From Deltaproteobacteria bacterium (lineage in GTDB: Bacteria; Myxococcota_A; UBA9160; SMWR01): DNA of 64,000 nt. Every line of letters starts with the position of its first letter. The first letter of the stretch is position 1. Made by a program: the position numbers and the translations under genes. Location of the stretch: NCBI GenBank assembly GCA_032128375.1, contig JAQBGU010000084.1:1-64000 (forward strand), in the 5' to 3' direction. Below, in pieces: positions 39,201-47,961 of the stretch. The notes beneath the pieces are model-generated. The model searched no databases and was not told the DNA's origin. It worked only from the letters and a program-made list of their open reading frames with translations.

Positions 39201-40568
39201 ATGGCACTGCTGGACCGACTCAAGCGCTCTCCATCATCTACGACTGCGGAGGATTCCGCTGTAGCGGTGTCTTCCTCGCCCGCCGCTGAGGAGGTGACAC
39301 CTGGGCACGACGCTCGATACCAGGAACTCAAATCGCGGGTTCACAATCGTCTCTTCGACGTGATCGATTTCGCTCGCATCTCAACCGTCAGTGACGAGCG
39401 GATCCGCGAAGACATCGCGCTCGCGACCGTTCAGATCGTGGAAGACGAGAAGTTCCTGCTGACGCTCAAAGAACGCGAGGTCTTCATCCGCGAGATCCAG
39501 GACGAAGTGTTCGGCCTCGGGCCGCTCGAGCCTCTACTGCAGGATCCGACGATCGCAGACATCCTCGTCAACGGTCATCGCAACATCTATGTAGAGCGAC
39601 ACGGCAAGATCGAAAGGACCGTGGCCCGCTTTCGCGACGATGCACATCTGATGCGTATCATCGAGAAGATCGTCTCAGCGGTCGGTCGCCGGGTCGACGA
39701 GAGTTCGCCTCTGGTCGACGCGCGTCTCGCGGACGGTTCGCGCGTCAACGTAATCGTTCCACCGTTGGCACTCGATGGGCCGACGATGTCGATTCGCCGG
39801 TTCGGCACGGACCCGCTCGGAATCTCCGACCTGATCGAGGTCGGAGCGGTCACGGGAAAAGTGGCTGAGCTGTTGGAAGGCATCGTCAAGTGTCGCCTGA
39901 ACGTTCTGATTTCCGGCGGAACCGGCGCTGGCAAGACCACGCTGCTCAACGCGATCTCGGGCTTCATTTCCGAAAATGAGCGGATCGTGACGATCGAGGA
40001 TTCGGCCGAACTCCAGCTCAAACAGCGACACGTCGTCCGGCTCGAGACGCGCCCGGCGAACATCGAGGGCAAGGGACAGATCACCCAGCGCGATCTGGTG
40101 ATCAACAGTCTTCGGATGAGGCCGGATCGCATCGTCGTTGGCGAGGTCCGCAGCTCCGAAGCATTGGACATGTTGCAGGCGATGAACACCGGGCATGACG
40201 GGTCGCTGACGACGATCCACGCGAATACGCCGCGCGACGCGTTGACCCGCATCGAGACGATGGTGGCGATGGCCGGCGTCGATGTACCCCAGCGCGCCGT
40301 CCGCAACCAGATCGCGGCGGCGATCCATGTCGTGATCCAGCTTTCCCGCTTGAGTGATGGACGACGCAAGCTCGTGAGCTTGCAGGAGATCACCGGCATG
40401 GAAGGCGAAATCGTCACGATGCAGGAGATCTTCGAGTTCCGACGCGAAGGAATCGACGAGAATGGCAAGGTGATCGGTGAATTGCTGCCTACCGGGATCC
40501 GACCCAAGTTCGGCGCCCAGCTCGAAATCGCAGGGTTCAAGCTATCCGATGGGATCTTCGAGCCCTAG
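39201..40568 (+). CDS. cpaF: Tad pilus ATPase CpaF/TadA
   Basis: [31 protein letters not shown]. Confidence 0.96.
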   Translation: MALLDRLKRSPSSTTAEDSAVAVSSSPAAEEVTPGHDARYQELKSRVHNRLFDVIDFARISTVSDERIREDIALATVQIVEDEKFLLTLKEREVFIREIQDEVFGLGPLEPLLQDPTIADILVNGHRNIYVERHGKIERTVARFRDDAHLMRIIEKIVSAVGRRVDESSPLVDARLADGSRVNVIVPPLALDGPTMSIRRFGTDPLGISDLIEVGAVTGKVAELLEGIVKCRLNVLISGGTGAGKTTLLNAISGFISENERIVTIEDSAELQLKQRHVVRLETRPANIEGKGQITQRDLVINSLRMRPDRIVVGEVRSSEALDMLQAMNTGHDGSLTTIHANTPRDALTRIETMVAMAGVDVPQRAVRNQIAAAIHVVIQLSRLSDGRRKLVSLQEITGMEGEIVTMQEIFEFRREGIDENGKVIGELLPTGIRPKFGAQLEIAGFKLSDGIFEP

Positions 40569-40617
40569 GTCGATCGCAGCATGGGCCCGTTTGCGCCGCT
40601 CAGTCCTGGAGGGGACG

Positions 40618-41592
40618 ATGATCATGATTGATCGGGTATTTGCGAGGGTTCGAGCGTTGGCGCACGCGATGCTGGCTTTCGCGATCGCGGGGTCGCTTTC
40701 GGGTTGCGCGATGTTTTCGGGTGGGGATCAAGCGGCGAAGTCGCTGAGCGAACATCGCGAATACATGGCAGAACTCGCGGCTGCAGAGATCGCCCTGTCC
40801 GAAGACGAGGAGCCCAAAACGTTCGACGAGACGATTGAGGCTGCTCGTAAATTTCATCGCGCCGGCAATTCGAGCAGTGCGATGCGCCTGTACTACGAGG
40901 CTTTTCGGCTCGAGCCCGACAACCCCAGCGCTCAAGCGGGCATTGCGTTTCTGCAGCTCGCCGAGCAACCCGCGCGCGCGGAACGGGTGCTCGCCAAGGT
41001 CGCGGTCGCCGATCCGGAATCGGCGATGGCTCAGCTGGGACTCGGGCTTGCGCGATACGCGCAGGGAGACCCAGCCGGTGCGCTCGCGCCGCTCGAACGA
41101 GCGATCGCGCTGTGCCCCGATTCTGCCGACGCGCACGATTCGCTTGCGGTGGTTCTCGTAGACCTGGAACGCTTCGACGAGGCGATCGGCCATGCGCTGC
41201 GCGCGCGAGAACTCGATCCCGAAGATGCCAAGATCGCGAACAATCTCGGGATCGCGTACCTGATGAGTGGCGACATGGTCAGAGCCGAATCGGCCGCACG
41301 TGACGCGATCGCACTCAATCCCGACGATGCCGCCTATCACAACAACCTGGGAATCGCGCTCGGCCGCCAGGGCCGCTACGACGAGGCTCTGCGAGAATTC
41401 CGCTCAGTGGGCAGCATCCAGGCTGCGCAAAACAACATCGCTTACCTCTATTTCGTGGGTGGGCGATACGACGAGGCGATCGGTCACTACGAGATGGCAT
41501 TGCTCGCGGAAGGCGATGACACGCCTGCGGTTCTGCGCAACCTGAACACCGCCCTGAACGCCCGTTCAGAGCTCGTTTCTACCGACCGGTAG
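40618..41592 (+). CDS. tadD: TadD-like TPR lipoprotein
   Basis: LSGC lipobox; multiple TPRs (NNLG); Tad context. Confidence 0.75.
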   Translation: MIMIDRVFARVRALAHAMLAFAIAGSLSGCAMFSGGDQAAKSLSEHREYMAELAAAEIALSEDEEPKTFDETIEAARKFHRAGNSSSAMRLYYEAFRLEPDNPSAQAGIAFLQLAEQPARAERVLAKVAVADPESAMAQLGLGLARYAQGDPAGALAPLERAIALCPDSADAHDSLAVVLVDLERFDEAIGHALRARELDPEDAKIANNLGIAYLMSGDMVRAESAARDAIALNPDDAAYHNNLGIALGRQGRYDEALREFRSVGSIQAAQNNIAYLYFVGGRYDEAIGHYEMALLAEGDDTPAVLRNLNTALNARSELVSTDR

Positions 41593-41631
41593 ACGCGGAT
41601 CCATCCCACTTTCGGCCACCGGTCTGCTTCC

Positions 41632-41674
41632 AGCAGCACGACCCAAGATGGGTCGGGCGACGACGTGCAAGCTT
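41632..41674 (+). repeat. REP-like element between the convergent tadD and imuB
   Basis: AGCAGCACGACCCAAGATGGGTCGGGCGACGACGTGCAAGCTT; shared with 23343 and 9136. Confidence 0.75.
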
Positions 41675-41700
41675 CCGCCGCGCAGGGGCGAACGCGCAAC

Positions 41701-43308
41701 CTAGTCATACACCGCATCGATATGCCAAGTCTTGTGGATGTAGTCCAGCCGTAGCCGGGACACGGTACCGTCGCTCGTCTGTATGTCGAAGCTGTCGTAG
41801 GCGAAGCGACCTTCGCGGGACCACCAGCTTCCGGTCGTGCGCCAGGGGCCGGCAAGGTGAACGACGTGGCCGTTCGCGATCGCGCTGCGAACGAACTCTG
41901 GAATGCCGCGTGATACGCGCACGTTGGCGCTCAGCGGGGGACGCAACGCGCGGATGGCCAGATTCCCCGACAGCGAACTCGGTGATCTGGCAGGGGTGTG
42001 GGCTGAGGTGCTGGCTGTGGTATTCGCCGAGATCCTAGATGAGAGATGGCGGGGCGGTTGAAAAGGTCCCATGCCAAACGCGTCGGGATCATGGCTGTCA
42101 GCTACCTGTGGTGAACCGATACGATCGCGGCCGCATAGGGCTTCGAGTTCTGCGAGCGTTCGCCCGAGCACGGCGGGGGCGGGGCCCGCTGGGCGAAACA
42201 AGTCGAGCTGGTCGTTTTCATAGGGGCAGCCGTCGGTCTCGAGCGTCACGGTCTCTACCGCAGCGCGAGGCGGTTGGGACTCGAGCGCGTGACAGGCCAG
42301 GCGCATGAGGACCCGCAGATCGAGGGTGGGGGCGGCCGCGCCAACGCGTCGGGTATCGCGGCCGCCGCCCTCCTGGTCGAGCGTAAGTGTCAACTCGTCG
42401 CATGCCATGTGGCGGGCTTCCAGGCGCGCAAGTAGGCGAGAGAGCAGGCCCTGCAGCACGAAGACGAGCGGTTCGAGGCGATCGAGCGGACACTCGAGGT
42501 CGATGGCTTCGGTCAACCGCGTAGAGCTGGGTACGGGAAGAGGTGTATGATGATCGTGACCCTGAGCGAGTTCGACCAGCTGCAGTACGCGTGGGCCCAG
42601 CCGGGTTCGCAGTGCGCGTCGTGGCAACTGCAGCAGATCGCGTACCGTGTGTATCCCGAATCGCGTCAGTGTTTCGGCTGTCGCGTCATCTGGATCCAGT
42701 ATGTCGATGGACAGCGGCGCCAGGAAGCTCGCTTCTTCGCCAGCTTTGATGATGCAGGTTCGACCCGAGCCGGCGTGCGAAACTGATCCCGATGGCTCCA
42801 TACTGCTTGAAAGAGTTCTTGAAAGCTGGCGCGCGGCGATGTGCGCAATGTTGCGCGAGGAGGAGATCGCGACCTGGCCGGGAAGCCCGAGTCGCTCCGC
42901 ACGCGCGCTGAGTGCCGCTGCGAAACCGGCTTCGGAGCGAAACAGGGCCTCGACGCCAGACGCGTCGAGGTAGACCGCGGCCTCCGACGCATAAGGGCCC
43001 GAAGTGCGTGGTGCAGAGTCGGCTCGTGGAGACACGCTGATCGCTGCGTCGAGCAATGTGGCGCGCGCGGCGGCTTCGATTGCTGGGGAAGCGACGCGAA
43101 CGATCAGCTCTGCACAAACCGCTCGCGCATGAGCGACCGAAGTCGAGCGACGGGCACCACGGCGTGCGGCTTCGGGCGAAACCGCGATGAGTTCGGCCCG
43201 CGGGCCCGCGGCCGTCACCACCGCCAGCGGCTGACCGATGAGTTCGGGGTGCGCACGCAACTCTGCCGCCAACGGCAGGTTGGGAATCAGTAGGCACGCG
43301 GTGCGCAT
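41701..43308 (-). CDS. imuB: ImuB (catalytically inactive Y-family polymerase)
   Basis: Y-family fold lacking the DMDAF/SxDE motifs; C-terminal GPWRTTGSWW..D..D..WHIDAVYD. Confidence 0.9.
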   Translation of the reverse strand: MRTACLLIPNLPLAAELRAHPELIGQPLAVVTAAGPRAELIAVSPEAARRGARRSTSVAHARAVCAELIVRVASPAIEAAARATLLDAAISVSPRADSAPRTSGPYASEAAVYLDASGVEALFRSEAGFAAALSARAERLGLPGQVAISSSRNIAHIAARQLSRTLSSSMEPSGSVSHAGSGRTCIIKAGEEASFLAPLSIDILDPDDATAETLTRFGIHTVRDLLQLPRRALRTRLGPRVLQLVELAQGHDHHTPLPVPSSTRLTEAIDLECPLDRLEPLVFVLQGLLSRLLARLEARHMACDELTLTLDQEGGGRDTRRVGAAAPTLDLRVLMRLACHALESQPPRAAVETVTLETDGCPYENDQLDLFRPAGPAPAVLGRTLAELEALCGRDRIGSPQVADSHDPDAFGMGPFQPPRHLSSRISANTTASTSAHTPARSPSSLSGNLAIRALRPPLSANVRVSRGIPEFVRSAIANGHVVHLAGPWRTTGSWWSREGRFAYDSFDIQTSDGTVSRLRLDYIHKTWHIDAVYD

Positions 43309-43314
43309 GGCCGT

Positions 43315-44139
43315 TCAGGCAGCTTGCGAAGTGCGCAGTCGTGCTGTCGCGCAGCGCTGGATGGGGGCGGTGCGATGTCGAACCAGGGCCGCCTGAATCA
43401 CCAACCCTTCGAGTAACGGGGGAGTGCCGGTGAACTGGGATTTGCCAGCTGCGAGTTCGATCGCGACTTCGGCTGCGGTCCCCATACTGCGCTCTCGGGT
43501 CAACACGATCAGTGCTGTCCCTGTGCTCGCGGCGGCTCTGGCCAAACGGGGGCCCGTGGCCGGTGCGATGCGGAGGTTCGGGATCGCCAGGTCGAGTAGA
43601 ACCAGCGCGAAGCCGTGAGCTTCCAGCAGCCGTTCTGCACAGCGCAGTGATTCGTTGGTACCCGGTGCGCGGACCCACAGCACGCGATCGAGCTGGGTGC
43701 CCGCACGGGCGGCGGAAGCCGGATCGAACGCGTCCGCGCAGTCTACGAGAGCAGCGACTTCTCCCGCGCCTGTGGTCTGTGCCAGCAGTGCGAGAGTCAG
43801 CGAGGTACGGCCCGATGAAGCGGGGCCAGAAATTTCGCTCAGTCGACCCCGTGGAAACCCCGGCTCGCTGCCGCCCAACAGCTGGTCGATGTCTGGGAGG
43901 CCAGTCGGGAGCCCTGCCTCGAGGGATGAGCCCAGCGGTGGGCCACCGAGGCGAATTTGGGAGCCGAGATCGTGCAACAGGCTTTTTAGCGGGCTCGCTA
44001 GCGGGCTCGCCATTGGGCCCGTCAACGGGCCCAATAGCAGGTCCGTTGACGGGCCTTCCAACGGGCCTTCCAACAGGTCTTCCAACAGGTCTTCCGCGGC
44101 TGGCGCGGAACGACCCGTGTCCGAGGGGGAGCGGAGCAC
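43315..44139 (-). CDS. imuA: ImuA (RecA-like mutasome protein)
   Basis: LPTGLPDIDQLLG, GFPRGRLSEISGPASSGRTS, FDPASAA. Confidence 0.88.
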   Translation of the reverse strand: MLRSPSDTGRSAPAAEDLLEDLLEGPLEGPSTDLLLGPLTGPMASPLASPLKSLLHDLGSQIRLGGPPLGSSLEAGLPTGLPDIDQLLGGSEPGFPRGRLSEISGPASSGRTSLTLALLAQTTGAGEVAALVDCADAFDPASAARAGTQLDRVLWVRAPGTNESLRCAERLLEAHGFALVLLDLAIPNLRIAPATGPRLARAAASTGTALIVLTRERSMGTAAEVAIELAAGKSQFTGTPPLLEGLVIQAALVRHRTAPIQRCATARLRTSQAA

Positions 44140-44174
44140 GGAAATACTTTCGTCTTATTTTCGCCTTTCGTCAA
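44137..44174 (-). promoter_or_regulatory. Putative leaderless promoter and operator of imuA-imuB
   Basis: TTGACG-AAAGGCGAAAATAAGAC-GAAAGT-ATTTCC-GTG. Confidence 0.65.
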
Positions 44175-44205
44175 CCAAAATCAACGATGCCCGAAAGATT
44201 GTGCG

Positions 44206-44847
44206 TCACGGCGGATTTGGGTCGGCGATCCGCACCCGACGTGCCTCGATCACCAGCTGCCCGCGGCCGAACAGACCGATCACCTCTGGAACCAGCCGCC
44301 GCTCCACCGCTTGTACGCGTTCGGCGAGCGTCGCGATCGTATCGCCGTCGAGAACAGCAACCGCTTCTTGCGCGATGATCGGCCCGCAATCGTAATCCGC
44401 GTCGACGAAGTGAACCGTGGCGCCGGTGAGTTTCACACCGGCTTCCAAGACGGCTTCATATACACGACGTCCATAGAAACCTCGTCCGGAAAAGGCCGGA
44501 ATCAGTGCGGGGTGAACATTGATCGCACGGCCGGCGAACTTTCCGCGGGTTTCGAATGGCGACAGGAAACCCAGGCATGCGACCAAATCGACTTCGAAGC
44601 GCTCCAGTTCGGCGTGCAGCGCGTCGTTGAAATCGCCCGGGTCGGGATGGTCTTTGCGGGGTACAGCCACTGCCGGTACGCCGTGTCGTCGCGCGCGTTC
44701 GAGTCCACCCGCGGATTTCTTCGATGCGATGACGACTTCGACCGTCGCGGCCAGGCTTCCGGCTTCGATGCGTTCGAACAGATTCGCAAGGCTGGTCCCC
44801 TCTCCAGACAGCAAAACGGCCAATCGGACCGGACCGGCAGCTGTCAC
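44206..44847 (-). CDS. purN: Phosphoribosylglycinamide formyltransferase
   Basis: LLSGEGTS, INVHPALIPAF, GATVHFVDADYDCGPII. Confidence 0.95.
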   Translation of the reverse strand: MTAAGPVRLAVLLSGEGTSLANLFERIEAGSLAATVEVVIASKKSAGGLERARRHGVPAVAVPRKDHPDPGDFNDALHAELERFEVDLVACLGFLSPFETRGKFAGRAINVHPALIPAFSGRGFYGRRVYEAVLEAGVKLTGATVHFVDADYDCGPIIAQEAVAVLDGDTIATLAERVQAVERRLVPEVIGLFGRGQLVIEARRVRIADPNPP

Positions 44848-45701
44848 GAGCCCTGTAGCTCTTGGAAGACTCGCCGCGTCGCGGGAGAACGGTTCATCGT
44901 ATAGAAGTGGATTCCGGGCGCGCCGCCGTCCAGCAGAGCGCGGCACTGCTGCGTCGCCCAAGTTACGCCGACTTCCAGGGTGCGGGCGTCGTCACCCTCG
45001 ACGCTGGAGAGCTGAACTTCGAGCTCCGCGGGTATTCGCGCGCCACACATTTGGGTGATACGGCGAATGTTCGATGTGCTGATGATGGGCATGATTCCCG
45101 GGACGATTGGTTGTTCGATTCCAGCCGCGCGCGCGCGCGCCACGAAGTCGAAGTATCCCTGGTTGTCGAAGAACAGCTGGGTGATCAATACTTCGGCGCC
45201 CTCGCGGGTCTTCAGGGTCAGGTTCTCGAGGTCGACTTCTCGGCTCGGCGCGAGCGGGTGTGTTTCCGGGTAGCAGGCGCCGGCCAACGCGAAATCCCAG
45301 CGCGAGCGAATGAATCGCGCGAGTTCATTTGCGTACATGAATGCACCAGCCGGGGGTTCGTTCTCGTCCGGTCGATCGCCCCCGAGCGCCAGCACGTTTT
45401 CGATTCCCTCACTGGCGAGGCGATCGAGAGTTTCCGTGAGTTGTTCCGGCGAGGATCCGATGCAGCTCAGGTGCGCCATCGCGGTGATGCCGAGCTCGCG
45501 TTGAATTTTCGCGACGATCTCCACCGTCTTTCCGCGCGATGAGCCACCGGCACCCCAGGTTACCGAGACGAAGTCCGGGTTCAGACGCTTGAGCTCTTCG
45601 ACGGTGCGAAACAGCGAACCGAACCCGTTTTCGGATTTCGGCGGAAAGAATTCGAACGAGAACGCGCGCCCGCCATCGCGGTACATATCAGCGATCCGCA
45701 T
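44844..45701 (-). CDS. metF: 5,10-methylenetetrahydrofolate reductase
   Basis: SFEFFPPK, SVTWGAGGS, ITQLFFD, GIHFYTMN. Confidence 0.96.
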   Translation of the reverse strand: MRIADMYRDGGRAFSFEFFPPKSENGFGSLFRTVEELKRLNPDFVSVTWGAGGSSRGKTVEIVAKIQRELGITAMAHLSCIGSSPEQLTETLDRLASEGIENVLALGGDRPDENEPPAGAFMYANELARFIRSRWDFALAGACYPETHPLAPSREVDLENLTLKTREGAEVLITQLFFDNQGYFDFVARARAAGIEQPIVPGIMPIISTSNIRRITQMCGARIPAELEVQLSSVEGDDARTLEVGVTWATQQCRALLDGGAPGIHFYTMNRSPATRRVFQELQGS

Positions 45702-45781
45702 GGCCGCTATTCTAACGGGCTGCCGGGCACCGCCGCCATTGACGCTCCTGATGGTGGCCGCGAAACTGGCTCGGGAGAAAA

Positions 45782-46717
45782 ATGACCATACTCGTTTCTG
45801 GCTCTGTCGCGTTCGACCACATCATGACCTTCCCGCAGAAGTTCGCGGATCACATCCTGCCCGATAAGCTCGATGACTTGAACGTCGCGTTCAACATTAC
45901 CGATTGGCAGACGCACTTTGGCGGCACAGGCGGCAACATCGGCTTCTGCTTGCGCTTGCTGGGTGAAGACCCGTTGATCCTCGCGACGGTCGGATCCGAT
46001 TTTGGACCCTATGGCGACTGGTTCGATCGTCACTCCATGAGCCGTGAGGGGTTGCGCGTGTTCGACGATGTCCGGTCGCCACAGGGTTTCGTGACTACTG
46101 ACACCTCGGGAAACCAGATCTGGAACTTCTACGAAGGAGCGATGTCGCGCGCCCACGAGGCTCGCGTGGAGGATCTGAAATCAAGTTTCGATTTTGCAAT
46201 CGTATCCGCGAACGGCAAGCAGGCGATGCTCGATCATGCGCGGGTGCTCAAGAGCCGCAACATCCCAACCTTTATCGATCCCAGTCACGGCCTGCCTCTG
46301 CTCGATCGCGACGAGACGCTCAGTTTGATCGATGGATGCGCGGCATACGTCGTCAACCACTACGAATGGTCGCTCACGCTCGAGAAGACCTCGCTATCGG
46401 AACAGGAGATCATCGAGCGCTGTGATGCGGTCGTCATTACCAAAGGCAAAGACGGATCGTTGATCCACGAAGGCGGGCGCGTGATCGAAATCCCGCCGGT
46501 GGCCGCGGCGCGCGTCGCCGATCCCACCGGATGTGGAGACGCCTACCGGGCTGGACTGATCCACGGTCGCGCAAGTGGGCTCCCATTCGAGACGGCCGGC
46601 CGAATCGCCAGCCTGCTCGGAACATGGCAAGTGGAATTCGAGGGGACGCAGAACTTGGACCTGACCATCGACGCGTTCAAAGAAAGATACGAGCGAGAGT
46701 TCGGCAGCGCGTTTTGA
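45782..46717 (+). CDS. PfkB family kinase (adenosine kinase-like)
   Basis: SGSVAFDHIM, GGTGGNI, DPTGCGDAYRAG. Confidence 0.9.
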   Translation: MTILVSGSVAFDHIMTFPQKFADHILPDKLDDLNVAFNITDWQTHFGGTGGNIGFCLRLLGEDPLILATVGSDFGPYGDWFDRHSMSREGLRVFDDVRSPQGFVTTDTSGNQIWNFYEGAMSRAHEARVEDLKSSFDFAIVSANGKQAMLDHARVLKSRNIPTFIDPSHGLPLLDRDETLSLIDGCAAYVVNHYEWSLTLEKTSLSEQEIIERCDAVVITKGKDGSLIHEGGRVIEIPPVAAARVADPTGCGDAYRAGLIHGRASGLPFETAGRIASLLGTWQVEFEGTQNLDLTIDAFKERYEREFGSAF

Positions 46718-47934
46718 CGGACAAGCTGGCGCATCTCCAATCTCGCAAGCGCGACCTGCTGATGTTTCTGGCAGCGGGATCTCTCCCGCTGCCGTGGATG
46801 ATCTCGGCGCAATTCGAGGGCCTGGGTTATCCGCCACAGTTGACCGCGACGCTGGCGGGATTCGCGATCCTCGGTGGCGCCATGCTGCTGTCGTGGGCCA
46901 CCGAATTGGCGGAGCGGGATATCCCGCAAGCCGTTGCGATCCTGGCGCTGGCGCTGATCAGTGTCCTGCCCGAGTACGCCATCGACTTGCATTTTGCGTG
47001 GGCGGCGGGCAAGGATATATCGATGGCGCCATTCGCAGTCGCCAACATGACCGGCGCGAACCGTTTGCTGATCGGAATTGGCTGGGCGGCCGTGGTACTC
47101 GTCTCGTGCTTCCGCTCGAAATCGACCAAACTCGTGATTCATCCGCGCCGTATCCTGGAGATCCGCTTCCTGTTGTGGGCGACGCTCTATTCGTTCCTCG
47201 TGCCGCTGTCCGGCACGATCAACCTGTTGGATGCGGCCGTTTTTTTCGCGATCTTCGCCGCCTACACGTTCGCCGCGATGCGGAGCGATTCGGACGAGGT
47301 CGAATTGATGGGGCCGTCCGGGATGCTCGATCGCGAGTTCGGAGACACCGGTCGTCGCATCTTGATCGTGGTGTTGTTCGCGTTCGCCGCGTACGGAATC
47401 TTTGTTTCTGCCGCGCCCTTCGCCGACAGCCTGGTCGCGATCGGACGGGCGGGGCATATCGATGAGTTCTTGCTCGTGCAGTGGTTGGCGCCGCTTGCGT
47501 CGGAATCGCCCGAATTCCTGATCGCGATCCTGTTCGCCTGGAAGCTGCGCGGATCGGTCGGAATTGGAACGCTGATTTCATCGAAGGTGAATCAGTGGAC
47601 GCTGCTGGTCGGTGCTATTCCGATCGCGTTCGCACTGTCGTCGGGGGGGCTGGCTGGCTTGCCGCTAGACGAGCGCCAGACCGAGGAATTGGTCCTGACG
47701 TCGGCCCAGTCGCTGCTTGCGGTCGTGTTGATCGTCGACCTTCGATTCAGTCGAATGGAAGCGATGTCGCTGGCGGCGCTCTTCCTCGCGCAGTTCTTGT
47801 TCACGAGCACAGAAGTTCGATATCTGTTCATCGGATTCTATCTGGCGTTGGCCGTCGCACTGCTGATTCAAGGCGGGGGGAAGCGGCGCCACGACCTGCT
47901 CGAGATACTGGCCGGAAGACGGGGCAGGCAGTAG
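46714..47934 (+). CDS. Cation:Ca2+ antiporter (CaCA family)
   Basis: alpha-1 VLPEYA..ANMTGAN and alpha-2 ASESPE..ISSKVNQWTLL repeats. Confidence 0.88.
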   Translation: MTDKLAHLQSRKRDLLMFLAAGSLPLPWMISAQFEGLGYPPQLTATLAGFAILGGAMLLSWATELAERDIPQAVAILALALISVLPEYAIDLHFAWAAGKDISMAPFAVANMTGANRLLIGIGWAAVVLVSCFRSKSTKLVIHPRRILEIRFLLWATLYSFLVPLSGTINLLDAAVFFAIFAAYTFAAMRSDSDEVELMGPSGMLDREFGDTGRRILIVVLFAFAAYGIFVSAAPFADSLVAIGRAGHIDEFLLVQWLAPLASESPEFLIAILFAWKLRGSVGIGTLISSKVNQWTLLVGAIPIAFALSSGGLAGLPLDERQTEELVLTSAQSLLAVVLIVDLRFSRMEAMSLAALFLAQFLFTSTEVRYLFIGFYLALAVALLIQGGGKRRHDLLEILAGRRGRQ

Positions 47935-47961
47935 CTCCCGAATGGATTGTTGGGGCTAGCG

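Noticed and set aside
30208..41592. Tad locus as a mobile island or a Kil-type predation system
   Set aside because: No integrase, tRNA or flanking direct repeats, and no FHA-domain genes; it looks like a resident Tad locus.
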